In this document: positions 1 to 16,347 of the stretch, in pieces
Layout of the letters: each line of letters starts with the position of its first letter
Numbering within the stretch: position 1 is the stretch's first letter
Assembly: GCA_951406725.2 (NCBI GenBank)
Contig: OX597816.1
Location: 177,754,001 to 177,818,000 of the forward strand
From: Octopus vulgaris
Lineage: Eukaryota
Reading direction: 5' to 3'
Length of the DNA stretch: 64,000 nt
The notes under the pieces: model-generated
What the model saw: the letters and a program-made list of their open reading frames with translations, nothing else
What the model was told of the DNA's origin: nothing
Databases searched by the model: none
Made by a program: the position numbers and the translations under genes

Positions 1-215
1 GTAAACATTTTTGCCCGAGGGCCCTTAATACTCTTAGTCTGCCCCTACTGCCAAGTATACCTAATGTACGTCTTAATGTCTGAAAAGGGTAAGACATATT
101 GTAAGTAGTCCTAGATAAAATGGGAGATTCACGGCTAAAATGCCTTTGTACATGGGTCTGTCTGCACGATGAATATAATCTGAACCTAAATATCACCAAT
201 AACAATATATACACT

Positions 216-340
216 ATGTATGTATGTATGTATGTATGTATGTATGTATGTATGTATGCATGTATGTATGTATGTATGTATGTATGTATGTATGTATGTA
301 CGTACGTACGTATGTACGTACGTATGCATATATGTATGTA
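216..340. repeat. (TATG)n microsatellite
   Basis: Direct TATG/TACG tandem; explains the MYVC ORFs. Confidence 0.95.
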
Positions 341-1011
341 AATTCATATATATTCATGCAAGCACGTACATACACACATATATACATATATATCGTATAG
401 TAGAATTCTACTGTTGCATAATTTAAGAATTGAAAGATGTTGCTGAGGATGTATAGAACGCATTGATAGAAATATACATTAACATCACCCAGGAGTGTAT
501 AAATAATGTAAATGGCGTTGATGTAGAAACAATAGATAAGCCATATCTATGACATGTATACATACATCACACTGAAGTACGAAGTTCGCACATTTCTTCT
601 CGACACACCCACAGCAGACGTCATGCTAAAATAAACCAATCGGCACTCATTGAATAACTACATTTATACACAAACTCTCACTCTCTCTCTCTCACACACA
701 CACACATATATACACATGCATGTAATTAGGTGTACAAGTGTGTGCGTAGGCAGACACAATACGTATGCGCATACATATCGAAATACATGCGCATATACAT
801 AAATACATACACGACTATATGTGTAAAAAATATATATATATATATATCAGACAAGTTTCATAAACTACAAAATATAAATATCCACACTACCACACTCGTA
901 ACGTAGATGTTATAATACTTTGTCTCGATTTAAGTGTACGTGAAGGTATTTAGAATGCCCAAACTCATTTCTGCAACTGTGCCAAGCACTGATGCTGATC
1001 ATAGTTTAATC

Positions 1012-1366
1012 AACAAGCCTAGGAGCGAAGTAAATGCAGAGAACATAGTGGGGTCATCGGGGGGCCCATTTAAGCGGCCCTTCAGAAATTGAACCTCCTT
1101 GGAGTTCATGATATGAAATTCATTGTCATTGCCCCAATTTGGTCGCCAATGCCATGTTTTTGGTTTAAAATGCTGTAAAAATGGGGTCGAGACCAGTGGG
1201 ACCCCAATTAGACGACCTTTAAAAAAATAAACACGCTTATGACATTCCCTGCGATTAGGGGAGTTGCTGGTTCGAGTTTCGTTGTCCTTGCACCAAGGCT
1301 CTTGGAGGAGTTAACGAACTTAAAAAAGTAACGGACAAAGAAACATCACTCAAATTTATAATGGGA
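1012..1366. mobile_element. Probable non-autonomous Helitron/Helentron-type element
   Basis: Minus-strand end reads TCCCATTATAAATTTGAGTGATGTTTCTTTGTCCG, resembling Helitron-type termini; internal GGGGCCC/GACCCC subrepeats; boundaries uncertain. Confidence 0.35.
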
Positions 1367-1387
1367 TATATATCTCCTATATAGACC

Positions 1388-1418
<31 letters not shown>

Positions 1419-1783
1419 CGTGTGTTATAATGGACTAATTACTATGAAGCATTGTGTAAAATATTTTGCATAAATGATCGTTGGTAAGGCCAAAACAACG
1501 GGAAGTAAATGCAAGGTCAGTCACAAGAAAACAAATATATGAATTAATGTAGACTAACCTTGTATTAAATATTTCGGGGTTATGACCCCATTTTCAAGAG
1601 ATTCATGAATGTTGCCGATGTGCGTGTGTGGAGTGGACATGCGCAGAAGCGTGTTGCTATAGCAACCAGCTAGCTTCCTGCAACTCTCTTCAATTGTTGA
1701 TGTTGGGTTTTTGCATTTTTGTTTGTTTTTCTTTTGGGGGGATCAAAAATTGAAGCGAGTTACAGGAGGGGAATTACATATAT

Positions 1784-1826
<43 letters not shown>

Positions 1827-1914
1827 CATACATATCACATACATATATACATACATACATATCACATACATATATGATACATATATATATATCATATAGT
1901 TCTATATTTAAGAA

Positions 1915-2045
1915 AGGAGGAAGTATGTACATTATTTACATTTCACGTATATTTGTCCTCATCTTGTTTGTTGTTAACACAACGTTTTGACTGATACACC
2001 CTCCAGATTTCATCAGGTGTCTTGAGGAAATTTCGAACCTGAGTT

Positions 2046-2118
<73 letters not shown>

Positions 2119-2141
2119 TCACTGCCTGGAATCGAACTCAA
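1915..2141 (-). mobile_element. 5'-truncated tRNA-type SINE with (AAT)n linker and a degenerate hammerhead
   Basis: Minus strand: B-box GAGTTCGATTCC (2128-2139), (AAT)n, then GACAC-CTGATGA-...-AAAACGTT-GTGTT (1976-2021), then an AATGTAAATAATGT tail. Confidence 0.6.
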
Positions 2142-2286
2142 GCTATTCATAATAACTGCACTCGGTCTGCTTAGGAGGTTGTTAGGACCTAGCATATGTG
2201 CTGCTTCATTTATTTTTTAGATTTTAGCAGGACATATGCTACGGCACAACAGCCTCCTAAGCAGACCGAGTGCAGATATGAATAGC
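2142..2286. repeat. Imperfect inverted repeat (about 60-bp arms)
   Basis: GCTATTCAT..CTGCACTCGGTCTGCTTAGGAGG..TAGCATATGT mirrored by ACATATGCTA..CCTCCTAAGCAGACCGAGTGCAG..ATGAATAGC. Confidence 0.9.
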
Positions 2287-2380
2287 ATATGGGAATTGGT
2301 ATTAAAGAAGGATAGGAAAATATTAGCCCTAAAATTCACTCCATAATTGCCCGCGGGCATATGACGTAGTGGTTATATAT

Positions 2381-2452
<72 letters not shown>

Positions 2453-2453
<1 letters not shown>

Positions 2454-2669
2454 TTTATTTTAAGCAGCAGAAAAATCAACAAAATCTGTTACCTGAGTTT
2501 CTCGTTGCCGTTCATCAGACAGTTTTTGCTAGAATGATGAACGGCAACGAGAAACTCAGAGTAACAGATTTTGTTGATTTTTCTGCTGCTTAAAATAAAG
2601 CATATTACTCTACCACTGGTATTTGAGTACTCTTTTTTCCACCTTGTTTCACATTTATGTGTTTACTCC

Positions 2670-2672
<3 letters not shown>
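2453..2672 (+). mobile_element. Short Penelope-type element (inverted segment + HHR + tail) in (TA)n
   Basis: Inverted arms 2453-2517 / 2535-2600 then a ~70-nt unique tail; minus-strand CTGT-CTGATGA-ACGGCAACGA-GAAA-CTCAGGTA-ACAG; related copy at 42415-42615. Confidence 0.75.
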
Positions 2673-2714
<42 letters not shown>

Positions 2715-2792
2715 TAAACATATAATATATATATATATCATATATATTTATGTATATATATATATCTTGTATATATATATATATTATATCAT

Positions 2793-2827
<35 letters not shown>

Positions 2828-3232
2828 ATATATATATATATATATACAATATATATATCATATATATATCATATATATCATATATATATCATATATATAT
2901 CGTATAAATGATATGTATTCTATATATATATATATATATTATATATTATATATATATATCATATCATATATATTATATCTATATATATATCATATGTATT
3001 ATATATATATCATATATATATATATATCCTATATAAATATTATATATATATTATATATATCATATATATCCTTTATAAATATATTATATATATATATATC
3101 CTATATAAATATTATATATATCATATATATCCTTTATAAATATATTATATATATATATTATATATATTAGATATATATATGTATATACGTATGTATATAT
3201 ATTATATATATATGTATATATATATGTATATA

Positions 3233-3296
<64 letters not shown>

Positions 3297-3297
<1 letters not shown>

Positions 3298-4329
3298 GCT
3301 GTGAGTCAATGGGCAGACAGAAACAAAATGCAACTGAATGAGGGAAAATTTGAGCTGATGCATTTTGGAAGAAATTCCTCACTAAAACAACCATACTCTC
3401 TTCCTTCAGGGGAACCGCTCACAGCCTCTAACAATATCAGAGACCTGGGTGTAATTGTTGATGACGATCTCAGTTGGAGTGCACACATCAACAAGAAGGT
3501 CGATATAGCTCGTAGGATGAGTTCCTGGATCTTAAGAACTTTCCGGTCCAGAGAACAAGGTGTCATCATACCACTTTTTCCTCCTTTGTACGGCCACACC
3601 TTGAATACTGCTGCCCATTGTGGTCTCCTCACACAAGACAAAGCATCTCCAGAATTGAGTCACCCCAGAGGGCTCTCACTAAACAAATTGAAGGCATGGC
3701 TGCTCTCGATTATTGGGATCGCCTTAAAGCCTTGAAACTTTACTCCCTCCAGCGTCGCCGTGAGCGGTACATCATTTGTACGATGTGGAAAATATACCGC
3801 CAACTTTGCCCAAACGACCTAAACATTAGCTTCAAGGTTCATCCAAGACTTGGACCACGGGCTATACGTCCCCTGCCAAATTCAAGATCACAACATACAT
3901 GTACACTGCAACATAATTTCTTTTCCTCAACAGGCCCTGCCCTATTTAACATTGTCCCGAGGGAGATCAAAGAGGAAACGGATCCCATCAACTTCAAACA
4001 GAGTCTGGATAGATTCCTTCAAAGAATACCAGATAAGCCACCCATAATTGGATGTATCCAATTATGGGTGGCTTATCTGGTATTCTTTGAAGGAATCTAT
4101 CCAGACTCTGTTTGAAGTTGATGGGACCCTTGAACTCACTACTTGAACTCACTACTTGAACAAAACTCACTACTTGAACAAAACTGGATACAACTCACCC
4201 AACAAGAACTCACTACTTGAACAAAACTTGACTTAAACAGGATTCGAATAATCCTATCAGGTGGTGATATTAAGTTAGACATGGCCTGGACCAATCTCTG
4301 GTCGAAACATATCTAAGTTTATCTAAGTA
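3297..4329 (+). mobile_element. CR1-group LINE, 5'-truncated ORF2 C-terminus and 3' UTR
   Basis: Frameshifted ORFs with RDLGVIVD, RPHLEYCCPLWSP, LYSLQRRRERY; 3' stem-loop GACC-AATCTCT-GGTC and TATCTAAGT tail repeats; flanked by (TA)n. Confidence 0.9.
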
Positions 4330-4376
4330 TATACTATATATCATATATATCCTATATAGATATATTATATATATAG

Positions 4377-4505
<129 letters not shown>

Positions 4506-4558
4506 TATATAAATATATATTATATATATTATATTTATATATCATACATATATCATAT

Positions 4559-5720
4559 ACACAGGCATGCAGGAAGTAAATAGATACCTTTAATTTTTAA
4601 AATCTGTTATTTAATGCGCAAAGCGAACAAATGAAATGTAGGACTACATACTTAAGTATTTGGTTGACATTCCCTTTGCAGTTTTTAATTCAGAAACTCT
4701 TTTTGGCATTGAACCGATGAGCTCTGTGATTGTCTCTTGCGGAAATTCTCCCTACTTGTCACTCAAAAATCGAAGCAATTCATCTTTAGAATTAGGTTTC
4801 TGTCGAGTTTTTCGTATAGCTCTGTCTAGTATGGTCCAAAGATTTTCAATTGGGCTCATGTCAGGAGATTGCCTCGGCCAAGGAAGCTTTTTGATCCAAT
4901 TTTCAGTCAGCCATTGTTGATTCCTTTTCGCTGTGTGGCATGGAGCTCCCATCTTCTATGAATAAAAACTCACTTTTCGTTATGTTATCGTGTAAAGACA
5001 TCGGAAGTAGTCCTTGCTTGAGTATTTCGATGTATTTTTCAGACATTATGGTTCCAACGCATTCGATCAGCTCACAACGATCATTGCTGGTGGTAGCTCC
5101 CCATACCATTACAGAGATACCGCCATGTTTCACAGTTGGTTGGAGTCGTTTCAAATCAAATTCTTGATTGGGAAGCCTCCTGAGCTTCACTATCTGATAA
5201 TAATGCAAATCTGGATTCATCTGAGCGAATCACTCTATCCCAAAATGAACTGGATTTTTCTGACATCGCCTTAGCCCATTTCTTGGGTTGATTCATTCGA
5301 CTTAAAATTCTTCAAGATGTTGCCCCAGCATGGCTGCAGTCTAATGACTGAAACAAGTAAAAGATAAAAGATTTATATTCCTACATACACACACATTATT
5401 TTTATAAACAAAAGAAAGGAGTACTCAATACCTGCTATAGATTTTGTTTAATCTGACGATTTACTCCAACATATAAAAATCACTTTCCTCTTTCAGCTAT
5501 AAAATCAGCAGTCCTGATGTTGCTTTTCATTGAAATCTCCATTTATACCAACGTTAAAGATTCTAGAGACAATCTCCTTGTTGAGAAAGATCAATATCTA
5601 CTTTTGAACCTTAAAAATATTGGCGACTATTTTTTGAATTGAGAAACACTAATATATATTCCCTGAATACTTTATCAAAAAAACCATCCGATTTTAAATA
5701 CTTAGTCATTTTATTTCATA
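4559..5720 (-). mobile_element. Degenerate Tc1-family transposon
   Basis: [20 protein letters not shown] and WPRQSPDMSPIENLW (Tc1 DDE motifs) in broken frames; upstream boundary approximate. Confidence 0.85.
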
Positions 5721-7133
5721 TATTTCGCTTAATGCCCTCTAGAATGGTAAGTACTTCCCATTTCCTCTTTGCTTGCTCACTCCCGTCACAAGTTTATGTT
5801 TATGTTTAAAACATATATGACATCATAAATAAATAGGCAATTATAAATATGTTTAACTGTCTTTCCTTTCCTTGTTTTGAGATTTGCTTTGGTGAAACAA
5901 ATGGTGTTTATGCCTAATTTAGATCATGGCGGCGGAGACTGCAGTGCAGTTTCCAATCCCAATTCGTACTGCTTAACTAATGTCTTTAGGATGTACGAAC
6001 GCCTCGAACTTCTATCGTTTACCTCCTTGTCGCAACTGTTAACTTCACGGTTAATTAATAAATCATTATTATTGCTGGTGGTATTCTTCTTGTTGTTAGT
6101 ATCACACGTGTTTTCTTTGTTCTTTGTTCCTTCATGTCAATTATCTTACGCTTTGCTTAGCTAGCTTGTACTTCCCATGTAACGAGAGAACAGAAATCAG
6201 TCAAGTGGATGACGGAAATGAGAAACTGATAGATGAAGCGAAAAATTGACTGACCTATACAAAACAGAACCAATTTAAAGTTAATATTTAAAGTTAATAT
6301 TCCGATGGCATAAATACTCTGGAGAAAAATGTATCTGTTTTGATTGTTTTGCTTTCTGCCTCTGGCTCATTATAGGAATTTTATAGTAAGTACTCAAGTA
6401 TCATCCCAGCTGAATTGCTCTGGTGTTTACAAGTTTTCTATCGCTTTAGTCTCATATTATAGAAGTCTCTTGATAAAACATTATGATTGATTATTTCGAC
6501 TTGTAGATAATGTCAGACGAAGGGAAAAAGATCCCACTAAATGGGAGAAATCTATACATATACATATGGCAAAATAAAGTAAACTTGGTCCGGAAGAATA
6601 TATAAAAGTCTACATTCATGCAGCTGTTTCCACAAACTTATATACAACGATAAATTTCAAAATATGATTTTAATTGCATCAGTGTAGTTGATGTGATAAG
6701 AAAAATTGCTGTATTTTATCTCAATTCACAATTTAGTTTTTTGTTGTTTTTTTTATTAGTTTACAATATAACAGAAGTAGTGGATAGGAAATTTGGTAAA
6801 GCGTAGAATACGTGCTGAGTTCAAATCGCGCCAGAGTCAACTTTGTCATACAATTTTATGAAGTTGATAAAGTAAATACCATTCTACTACTCGGGTTGCT
6901 TTAACACACTGTGTCCTACTCTGCCTTGAGTCAAGGCAAAGAAAAGAATCAATATTAATGAAATATATTTAGCACTTTCTATTGTCATTGTTGCAGAGTA
7001 AACTTCCCCCCTCTCCCCTCAGACATATAAAGACCTTTAGAGATTGCGCAAAACATAGCATCACAAACAATAATATGTCTGATGACTTCCAGCTCATAAG
7101 ACTTGTTTTTCTTTTTATTATAAATTACACATG

Positions 7134-7322
7134 AGGCGGCGAACTAACTGAACCGAACAAAATGCTTAGCGGCATTTCGTCCGTCTAAGCTCAAATTCTG
7201 CCGAGCTCGACTTTGTCTTTCATTCTTTTGGAGGCGATAAAATAAGTACCAGTCAAGTATTGTGGTCCATATAATCAATTTCCCTCTCCCCAATCTGTTC
7301 CAAAATTTGACACCATTATATA
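7134..7322 (+). mobile_element. tRNA-derived SINE family B, diverged copy
   Basis: AGGCGGCGAACT..AAATGCTTAGCGGCATTTCGTCCG..GATAAAATAAGTACCAG, shared with 31127, 35391, 46370, 59872. Confidence 0.75.
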
Positions 7323-8899
7323 TTAGGTATTGTGTAGTATGTGGGGGATCTTGCTCTAAAGATGCAGTAAAAACAGGTTTGTTGGAGAAATATCTAAGAA
7401 TCTGAGGTAGCCAATGTAGATCATTGGCTACCGCAGATTTCATGCTTCTAATTATACCTTGTTTTGAAAACTTAAATTAAGAAGGTAACGTATTTATTTC
7501 AAGTTTAACGAAGAATATGTATATAATTTAAACAATAATCTGAACAATGGGCATTTAGTGCACACAATGTGTAAATAGAGATAAGAATATTAAAATGTTT
7601 GGTTATAATTCACTGGAAAAAATATAAAACAATATACGGTTTAAAGTTTCCTCCTGCTTACGATAGTTGTATGAAACTTTGGACACAGTCATCTATCAAA
7701 CCTTTTTGCTATCAATTAAAATTACTGCGAACTTAATACTTTTTGAATGCCAAATTTTCGAACAGAAAAGTTGAAATTTAATAGCTGTATCTTTCTGAAT
7801 TAGTTTTTATCTTTACGATAGTCTATGATCATTTCCAAATCAACTAGAATTTCCTGAAAGCCGTACAGAATGATAAGCAACCTATTCGGTATGTGAACTC
7901 CTATGACTCTCTGGAGTTTGCGAAGACTACTAATAAACAGTCTGTTATTGCGCAATCACCGATGTTAGCCTAAATGAATTATGATAAATGTATAATTGCT
8001 TCTAACGCTTCACAGCATGACATACTTAGTCTCATACTTGCGGTTATAACTTTAATATTATTCTGCAGCTAGATTAAATATTAAATATGTGTTTTAAACA
8101 TACAGTGATACTATTGCGTATTAAACTGCTCAGATTCTAAATTCCAGTAGAGAATTGCATGATTCAATTCGTTTTGGGGATATGGTTTTTAAGCAGAAAA
8201 TATGCTTTCACACACTGAACTGTTAGGTATATTGAAATAGTTAAGTGTAAGGAGCAAAAAATTCTAAAGTGGGAAGGAATTTGTAGAATATTTATTAAAT
8301 TAGAAGTAGTAATTTTCGCAATAAGGCTCTGTAATACATAGGCTTGACAGAGTTTTCTTACATTGGTACCATGTACCATAATGCTGATTTCTAAAGGAAG
8401 AGAATTGTTAGTTGAAAGGGACTTCAGCAAACTGTACTTATTGGGTTTACTTCAAATTCATGCGAAGTTGACTATGGCGAGTCAACTCACAACGTTAAGG
8501 AATCCATTCGAAGAAGAAGAAGATGACCATCATCATCATTATCATCATCATCATCATCATACAAAGAGGAGTGGTGATGATTATCTTGATGGAAGCCCTG
8601 AGTTAGCAGATCTATGATCAAAAGTTGTCCAGCCAGGCTGACAACTTCTCTCGGACAAAATACATTTAGAACTACGTTAGACTACATAATGTAAAGAACT
8701 ATATTATCTATTATGTCCTCTTTTGTAATTCAGCCGAGTGCAGTTTGAGAGGAATTCAGCTATGGCCTTTCGCAGATCGGCCATCTACACAAAGGCTCTC
8801 CGATGAAGGATAAAATAGTTTCTATAAAAGAAATGTTACTAAGTAATGCAGGTTATTTTCTCCTGACTTCAAGTGATTCCACTGTTTACCGTTCCTTTC

Positions 8900-9420
8900 G
8901 AACAAACTATCATTAATTTGTACACACACTCGCACACACTATCGTTATATAGAGAATTTCGATATTAGGGAACATGTTGAGCAAATTGATGAGTGTCTCT
9001 TATCTTGTAAAGACGATATTTTGCAAGCGATCAAATATATGTTCATTGTTGAGTCACCATATCCTTAAAAGTATGCTTTTAATTCCATCCGTAAGAAATG
9101 GCTTCGAGAAATATCAGATACATTATGCACTCATTCACTTGCTGGCATTTCTGAAGTAGTGCTACAATGACAGCATGCAGCCAGCAATTTGGAAATCTTC
9201 CACAAATCCAAATGTTATTAATGGTGTTAAACAGCTTCATATACGCAGCATCGAACCAGTTGACTTCTCTCAGAAATGTCACCGTTGTGGATTTATATAT
9301 TTAGCTTTTAATCATTCATGTCGGCTATTCTGTTCGAATATGCTATTATAAGTCATCTCAATGGAATACCGAAATGTATGATCCTGTTCATAAAAGTTAA
9401 TTATCTCAGTCTTATGGATT
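8900..9420 (-). mobile_element. Highly decayed non-LTR RT fragment (I/jockey-like)
   Basis: LFNTINNIWICGRFPNCWLHAVIVALLQK resembles the pre-RT LFN..W..G.FP..W..A.V..I.K motif. Confidence 0.45.
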
Positions 9421-10829
9421 GATAGAATTAAGATTGTGAGTGTACTCGCTCGGAGTTGTCTCCCGTACTAACAAGCAGTTTGGTACTATATATTTTACCA
9501 TACCTACTATATATTTTGTGCCAAAATATATTGCCTAATACAAGAATCCTAGTATGTTAGTGCTTGCATATTAAACTGTATGTGTTACAGTGCTAGCGTT
9601 TCGGCAATCTCAGAATTTCAAATCAGACCTTTGCAGATTGTCCTCATTCTGTTGTTTATACCGATGATATTGACCTTATTACAACTTTCTACTGTTTGTG
9701 ATACCTCAAGTTTATTACACATCAACTAGAATATATACTACACTTAGCATTTATTTTGTTCTCCATATATCCCATTGGGATAATCAGGAAACAGAAATTA
9801 GGAGTTTTAAACCTAACTTTGTGTATATGAAAGAATGAGAGAGAGTGGAGAGAAAGAAGGAAGGAAGGAAGGAAGGAAGGAAAAGAGAATGAAATGGCTT
9901 AACGCTTCTGTTATCCTAATTTAGCGTTAAATCTAACAAAAAGGCATTAAATATATGTTGCTATCATATTAATTCTTCTCAGTGAATCAAAGTCTTCATC
10001 GAATTTATTATTAAAAAACCCAATAAATATACACTTTACTTCATTTCTAATTAGATTTTTGATAATCACTACATGAGATATACTAATAGTAACTTAACTA
10101 TTGTTTTGCCGTCGGATTGCTGCTCTAGTGTGTATGTGGTCAAGCTATATATTCAGTGGAGTCAAGTTATATATTCTCAGATTAAAACATACTAAGCTAA
10201 CAGCATCACAAAAGTGTAATAACCGCTGAGATGAATATCTCTGGTTGGACAATGCAATTAGAACAGTCGACAAAATCTAAGGATTTGATAAAGAATTTAA
10301 TTCCAAATTCTGAGAACGTCACTGATTTCGGTATATCTAGAGAGACATCAACAGAGAGATCTACGCAAATACAGAGGGTACTGTGACTAAAATGTTGTGT
10401 TTATATCAACCGAGATGATTACAATAGTATGGATATAATGTGTGTGTGTGTGTGTGTGCGTGCGCCCGCGTATGTATGTCTGTCTGTGCGCGTAAGCGAG
10501 ACGAATGAAAATTCGTTAGCTCATTGAAATTAAAGTAGTAACTACGTGATGTTCGATTCGACCTCTGTCGTGTTTGCTACCAAGGTATCTTACTAGCAGA
10601 ATTTGGTTTTTAAGTGAACATTTTGGGGAACAACTAAGAATGGTCTGGGGGTAACCGACTAAATATAACAAACAATTCTACCTAATTTTAAGGAAGAAAT
10701 TTGAAAGCTCATTGTGATATAAATAAATGGTAGCACACTTACTCGGCAAGTAAGACGTAGGTGGACAGATGCCTGAAGAGATGTATATTTTTCTATCTCA
10801 AATTATTGGTTTCATGTGTATTGTTTAGA

Positions 10830-11000
10830 ACAACAAACGAGAACCACCCAGATTGTTGTAAGAGAGCTACTATACGCAGATGACAGCGTATTAATCGCGC
10901 ATGCGTCAGAGCACATTCAGACACACTGCGTTACGTTCTCCACTGCATCAAAAAATATTTGGCCAACAGATAAACACCAACATAACACAAATAATATTAG
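10830..11000 (+). mobile_element. RTE-clade LINE RT fragment
   Basis: VRELLYADDSVLIAHASEHIQ, typical RTE YADD context. Confidence 0.75.
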
Positions 11001-11102
11001 AGTCAAACACAATGACAACACAAGAAAAAGAAGCAGGGCTCATTGAATAGTACACACTCACACAAACACACACGCACACACACACGCACACACACGTACA
11101 CT

Positions 11103-11686
11103 AATCGGGCTGTCACATAAAAACGTTCGCTTCTTTACAATGTGTTATTTGAATTAACACGGAATATATTTTTATCGTAGTGTTTTGTTTTTGTTGTATG
11201 TATTTTGCATAAATTTTATCTCTTTTCAGACATTTTACGATGGTGTGCCAAGTAGAAAATGAATATTTTCGATACCTGCCTTGCCTCTCTTTCAATCGAG
11301 GTTCCTGAGCTGCCGAAATCACTGGAGACATTTCTGCTGTGTACAAAGAAGGCGGTATTACCGAAGGAACTGCACAAAATGGACTTTAAAAGTTTTAATT
11401 TGTGGATATTAGCCTCACAGACTATTCAGCTCAACGAGGATCGATTCGACATGCTCATTCACGAGTATCCGCATCGATCCACATGGTAATTGCTCAGCAA
11501 ATGGGCTGTTCACGTGATACCGTCGCCCAATACCTTCATTCGATTGGTAAGGTCCAAGGGTTCCGTGCGAGGGTGTCATACGTCCTGGACGAAAGAGAGA
11601 AACATTGATGATTAAATTTCAATTGACTATAACATTTGGTCACTTGTTTTCTTTATTCAAAATTCGGAGAGAACTTATGGGATGAC

Positions 11687-11690
<4 letters not shown>
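11103..11690 (+). mobile_element. Internally deleted mariner element
   Basis: Degenerate TIRs (TAATCGGGCTGTCACATAA / TTATGGGATGACCTAATA); N-terminal HTH remnants including IAQQMGCSRDTVAQYLHSIGKV; no DDD domain. Confidence 0.75.
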
Positions 11691-11735
<45 letters not shown>

Positions 11736-11744
11736 TTCTCTTTC

Positions 11745-12130
11745 TCTTTTACTCGTTTCAGTCATTTGACTGCGGCCATGCTAGGGCACCGCCTTTAGTC
11801 GAACAAATCGACCCCAGGACTTATTCTTTGTAAGCCTAGTACTTCTTCTATCGGTCTCTTTTGCCGAACCGCTAAGTTACGGTGACATAAACACACCACC
11901 ATCGGTCGTCAAGTGATGCTGGGGGGAAAACAGTGACACACAAACATATACACATATACATATATATACATATATACGACGAGCTTCCTTCAGTTTCCGT
12001 CTACCAAATCCACTCACAAGGCTTTGGTCGGCCCGAGTCTATAGTAGAAGACATTTGCCTAAGGTGCCACGCAGTGGAAATGAACCCGGAACCATGTGGT
12101 TGGGAAGCAAGCTACTTAGCACACAGCCAC
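11745..12130 (-). mobile_element. tRNA-derived SINE family A
   Basis: Head GTGGCTGTGT..GGTTCCGGGTTCA, body, and tail CAGTCAAATGACTGAAAC.AGTAAAAAGAG; many copies in window. Confidence 0.9.
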
Positions 12131-12155
12131 TTTATGTATGTATATCTATTGTATT

Positions 12156-12229
<74 letters not shown>

Positions 12230-12367
12230 TTCCTGAATGTTTTTAATTTAAATGGCGGTGCCCCAGCATGGCCACAGCTCATGAGCTGAAACTGGAAAAT
12301 CAAAAAAAAATCATATATATATATTTCCATATATATTAATATATCTATTTATATATATATTTATATA

Positions 12368-14277
<1,910 letters not shown>

Positions 14278-14464
14278 TAACTACATATATATAAATATAT
14301 ATAGATATATATTTACATCTATATATATATTTATATATCACTTTATATATATCTTTATATCCTTATTTATATATATAAATATACGTAGATATTAATATAC
14401 GCATTAATATAGGTATATTTTTATTAGTGTATATTTGTATATTTACCTATGTGTATATATATAT

Positions 14465-14612
14465 GCTCCAATTAAATGGAGTTGTATGAAACGATCGTAC
14501 TGCATTACCTCTGGCTATCCTTGTAGCTTATTTTAATCACCTTACTTTGATATTGTATGGATAATACCGTACAAAATTCTGGTATCTCAACTTAAGTAGC
14601 ATATTCATCTTA
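14465..14612 (+). mobile_element. PLE-type tail with the 3' half of a hammerhead
   Basis: GAAACGATCGTA-CTGCA plus tail homologous to 20041-20187. Confidence 0.7.
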
Positions 14613-14631
14613 ATCTCTCTCTCTTTCTCTT

Positions 14632-14664
<33 letters not shown>

Positions 14665-14773
14665 GTGGGTGTGTGTGTGTGTGTGTATCTATATGTATAT
14701 ATATATATATATATGTATGTATATATATATAAATATATATATGTATATATATACATACACACACACACACACC

Positions 14774-14823
<50 letters not shown>

Positions 14824-14990
14824 AGGCCATTTATGGCCACCACATATTGCGAATCTAACAGCCGAGCTTGAAGCAGTCTAACTCCTCCAAACTTATAAAT
14901 TTTGAAATAGTGCAGCGGTGAGCGACAGGGACGGGCTGAGAATGAATGAAACGAGTAAAAGAGAATAAATGTGAATATATATATATATAT

Positions 14991-15236
14991 AGACGAAGAC
15001 GGGTGTCTAAACAACAAACATATGTATTCGTTTAACGCTCGTAAAGTGAGAAAGTCTTTTGCGTTTCGAGTCTACGCTCTTCGACAGAAAGGAACACAAA
15101 AATAAATAATGAGAGAATATAAAAAGGTTTAGTGGCTAGTGATCTAACATGGCGAATGCCGGAGAGAGGGGTCAGACAGGAGAACTAGGAAGAAGGGGAG
15201 ATAATAAAGTAGTGGTGATCCCCAAACGAAGAAATA
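14991..15236 (-). mobile_element. Penelope pLTR fragment with variant HHR (CUGUCGA)
   Basis: Homologous to 29636-29790 and to 51085-51365 upstream of the PLE RT ORF. Confidence 0.75.
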
Positions 15237-15238
15237 TT

Positions 15239-15358
<120 letters not shown>

Positions 15359-15544
15359 TATATATATATATATATAAATATTTCTTCGTATTGATTTGCC
15401 TAATAGTGGTTTTATCTCTAATTTAATATAATATAATATAATATATTTTACTATAAAATTGGATTTAATCCTAAATCTGATTTTTCCCTGTAAGTTTGGA
15501 TTTATTCCCTAATATTTTATTATATATATATATATATATATTTG

Positions 15545-15586
<42 letters not shown>

Positions 15587-15641
15587 CATACAAATATATA
15601 TATATATATATGAAGAAATATTTATACATATATATATAAAG

Positions 15642-16340
<699 letters not shown>

Positions 16341-16347
<7 letters not shown>

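Noticed and set aside
436-487. GATGTTG-CTGAGGA..GAAA..AACATC hammerhead-like pattern
   Set aside because: No convincing stem II; better explained as a simple hairpin (ATGTATA/TATACAT). At best a very decayed HHR.
4285-4329. Stem-loop followed by GAAAC at the LINE end (also in SINE A tails)
   Set aside because: No CUGANGA core upstream; consistent with an ordinary LINE/SINE 3' recognition stem-loop.
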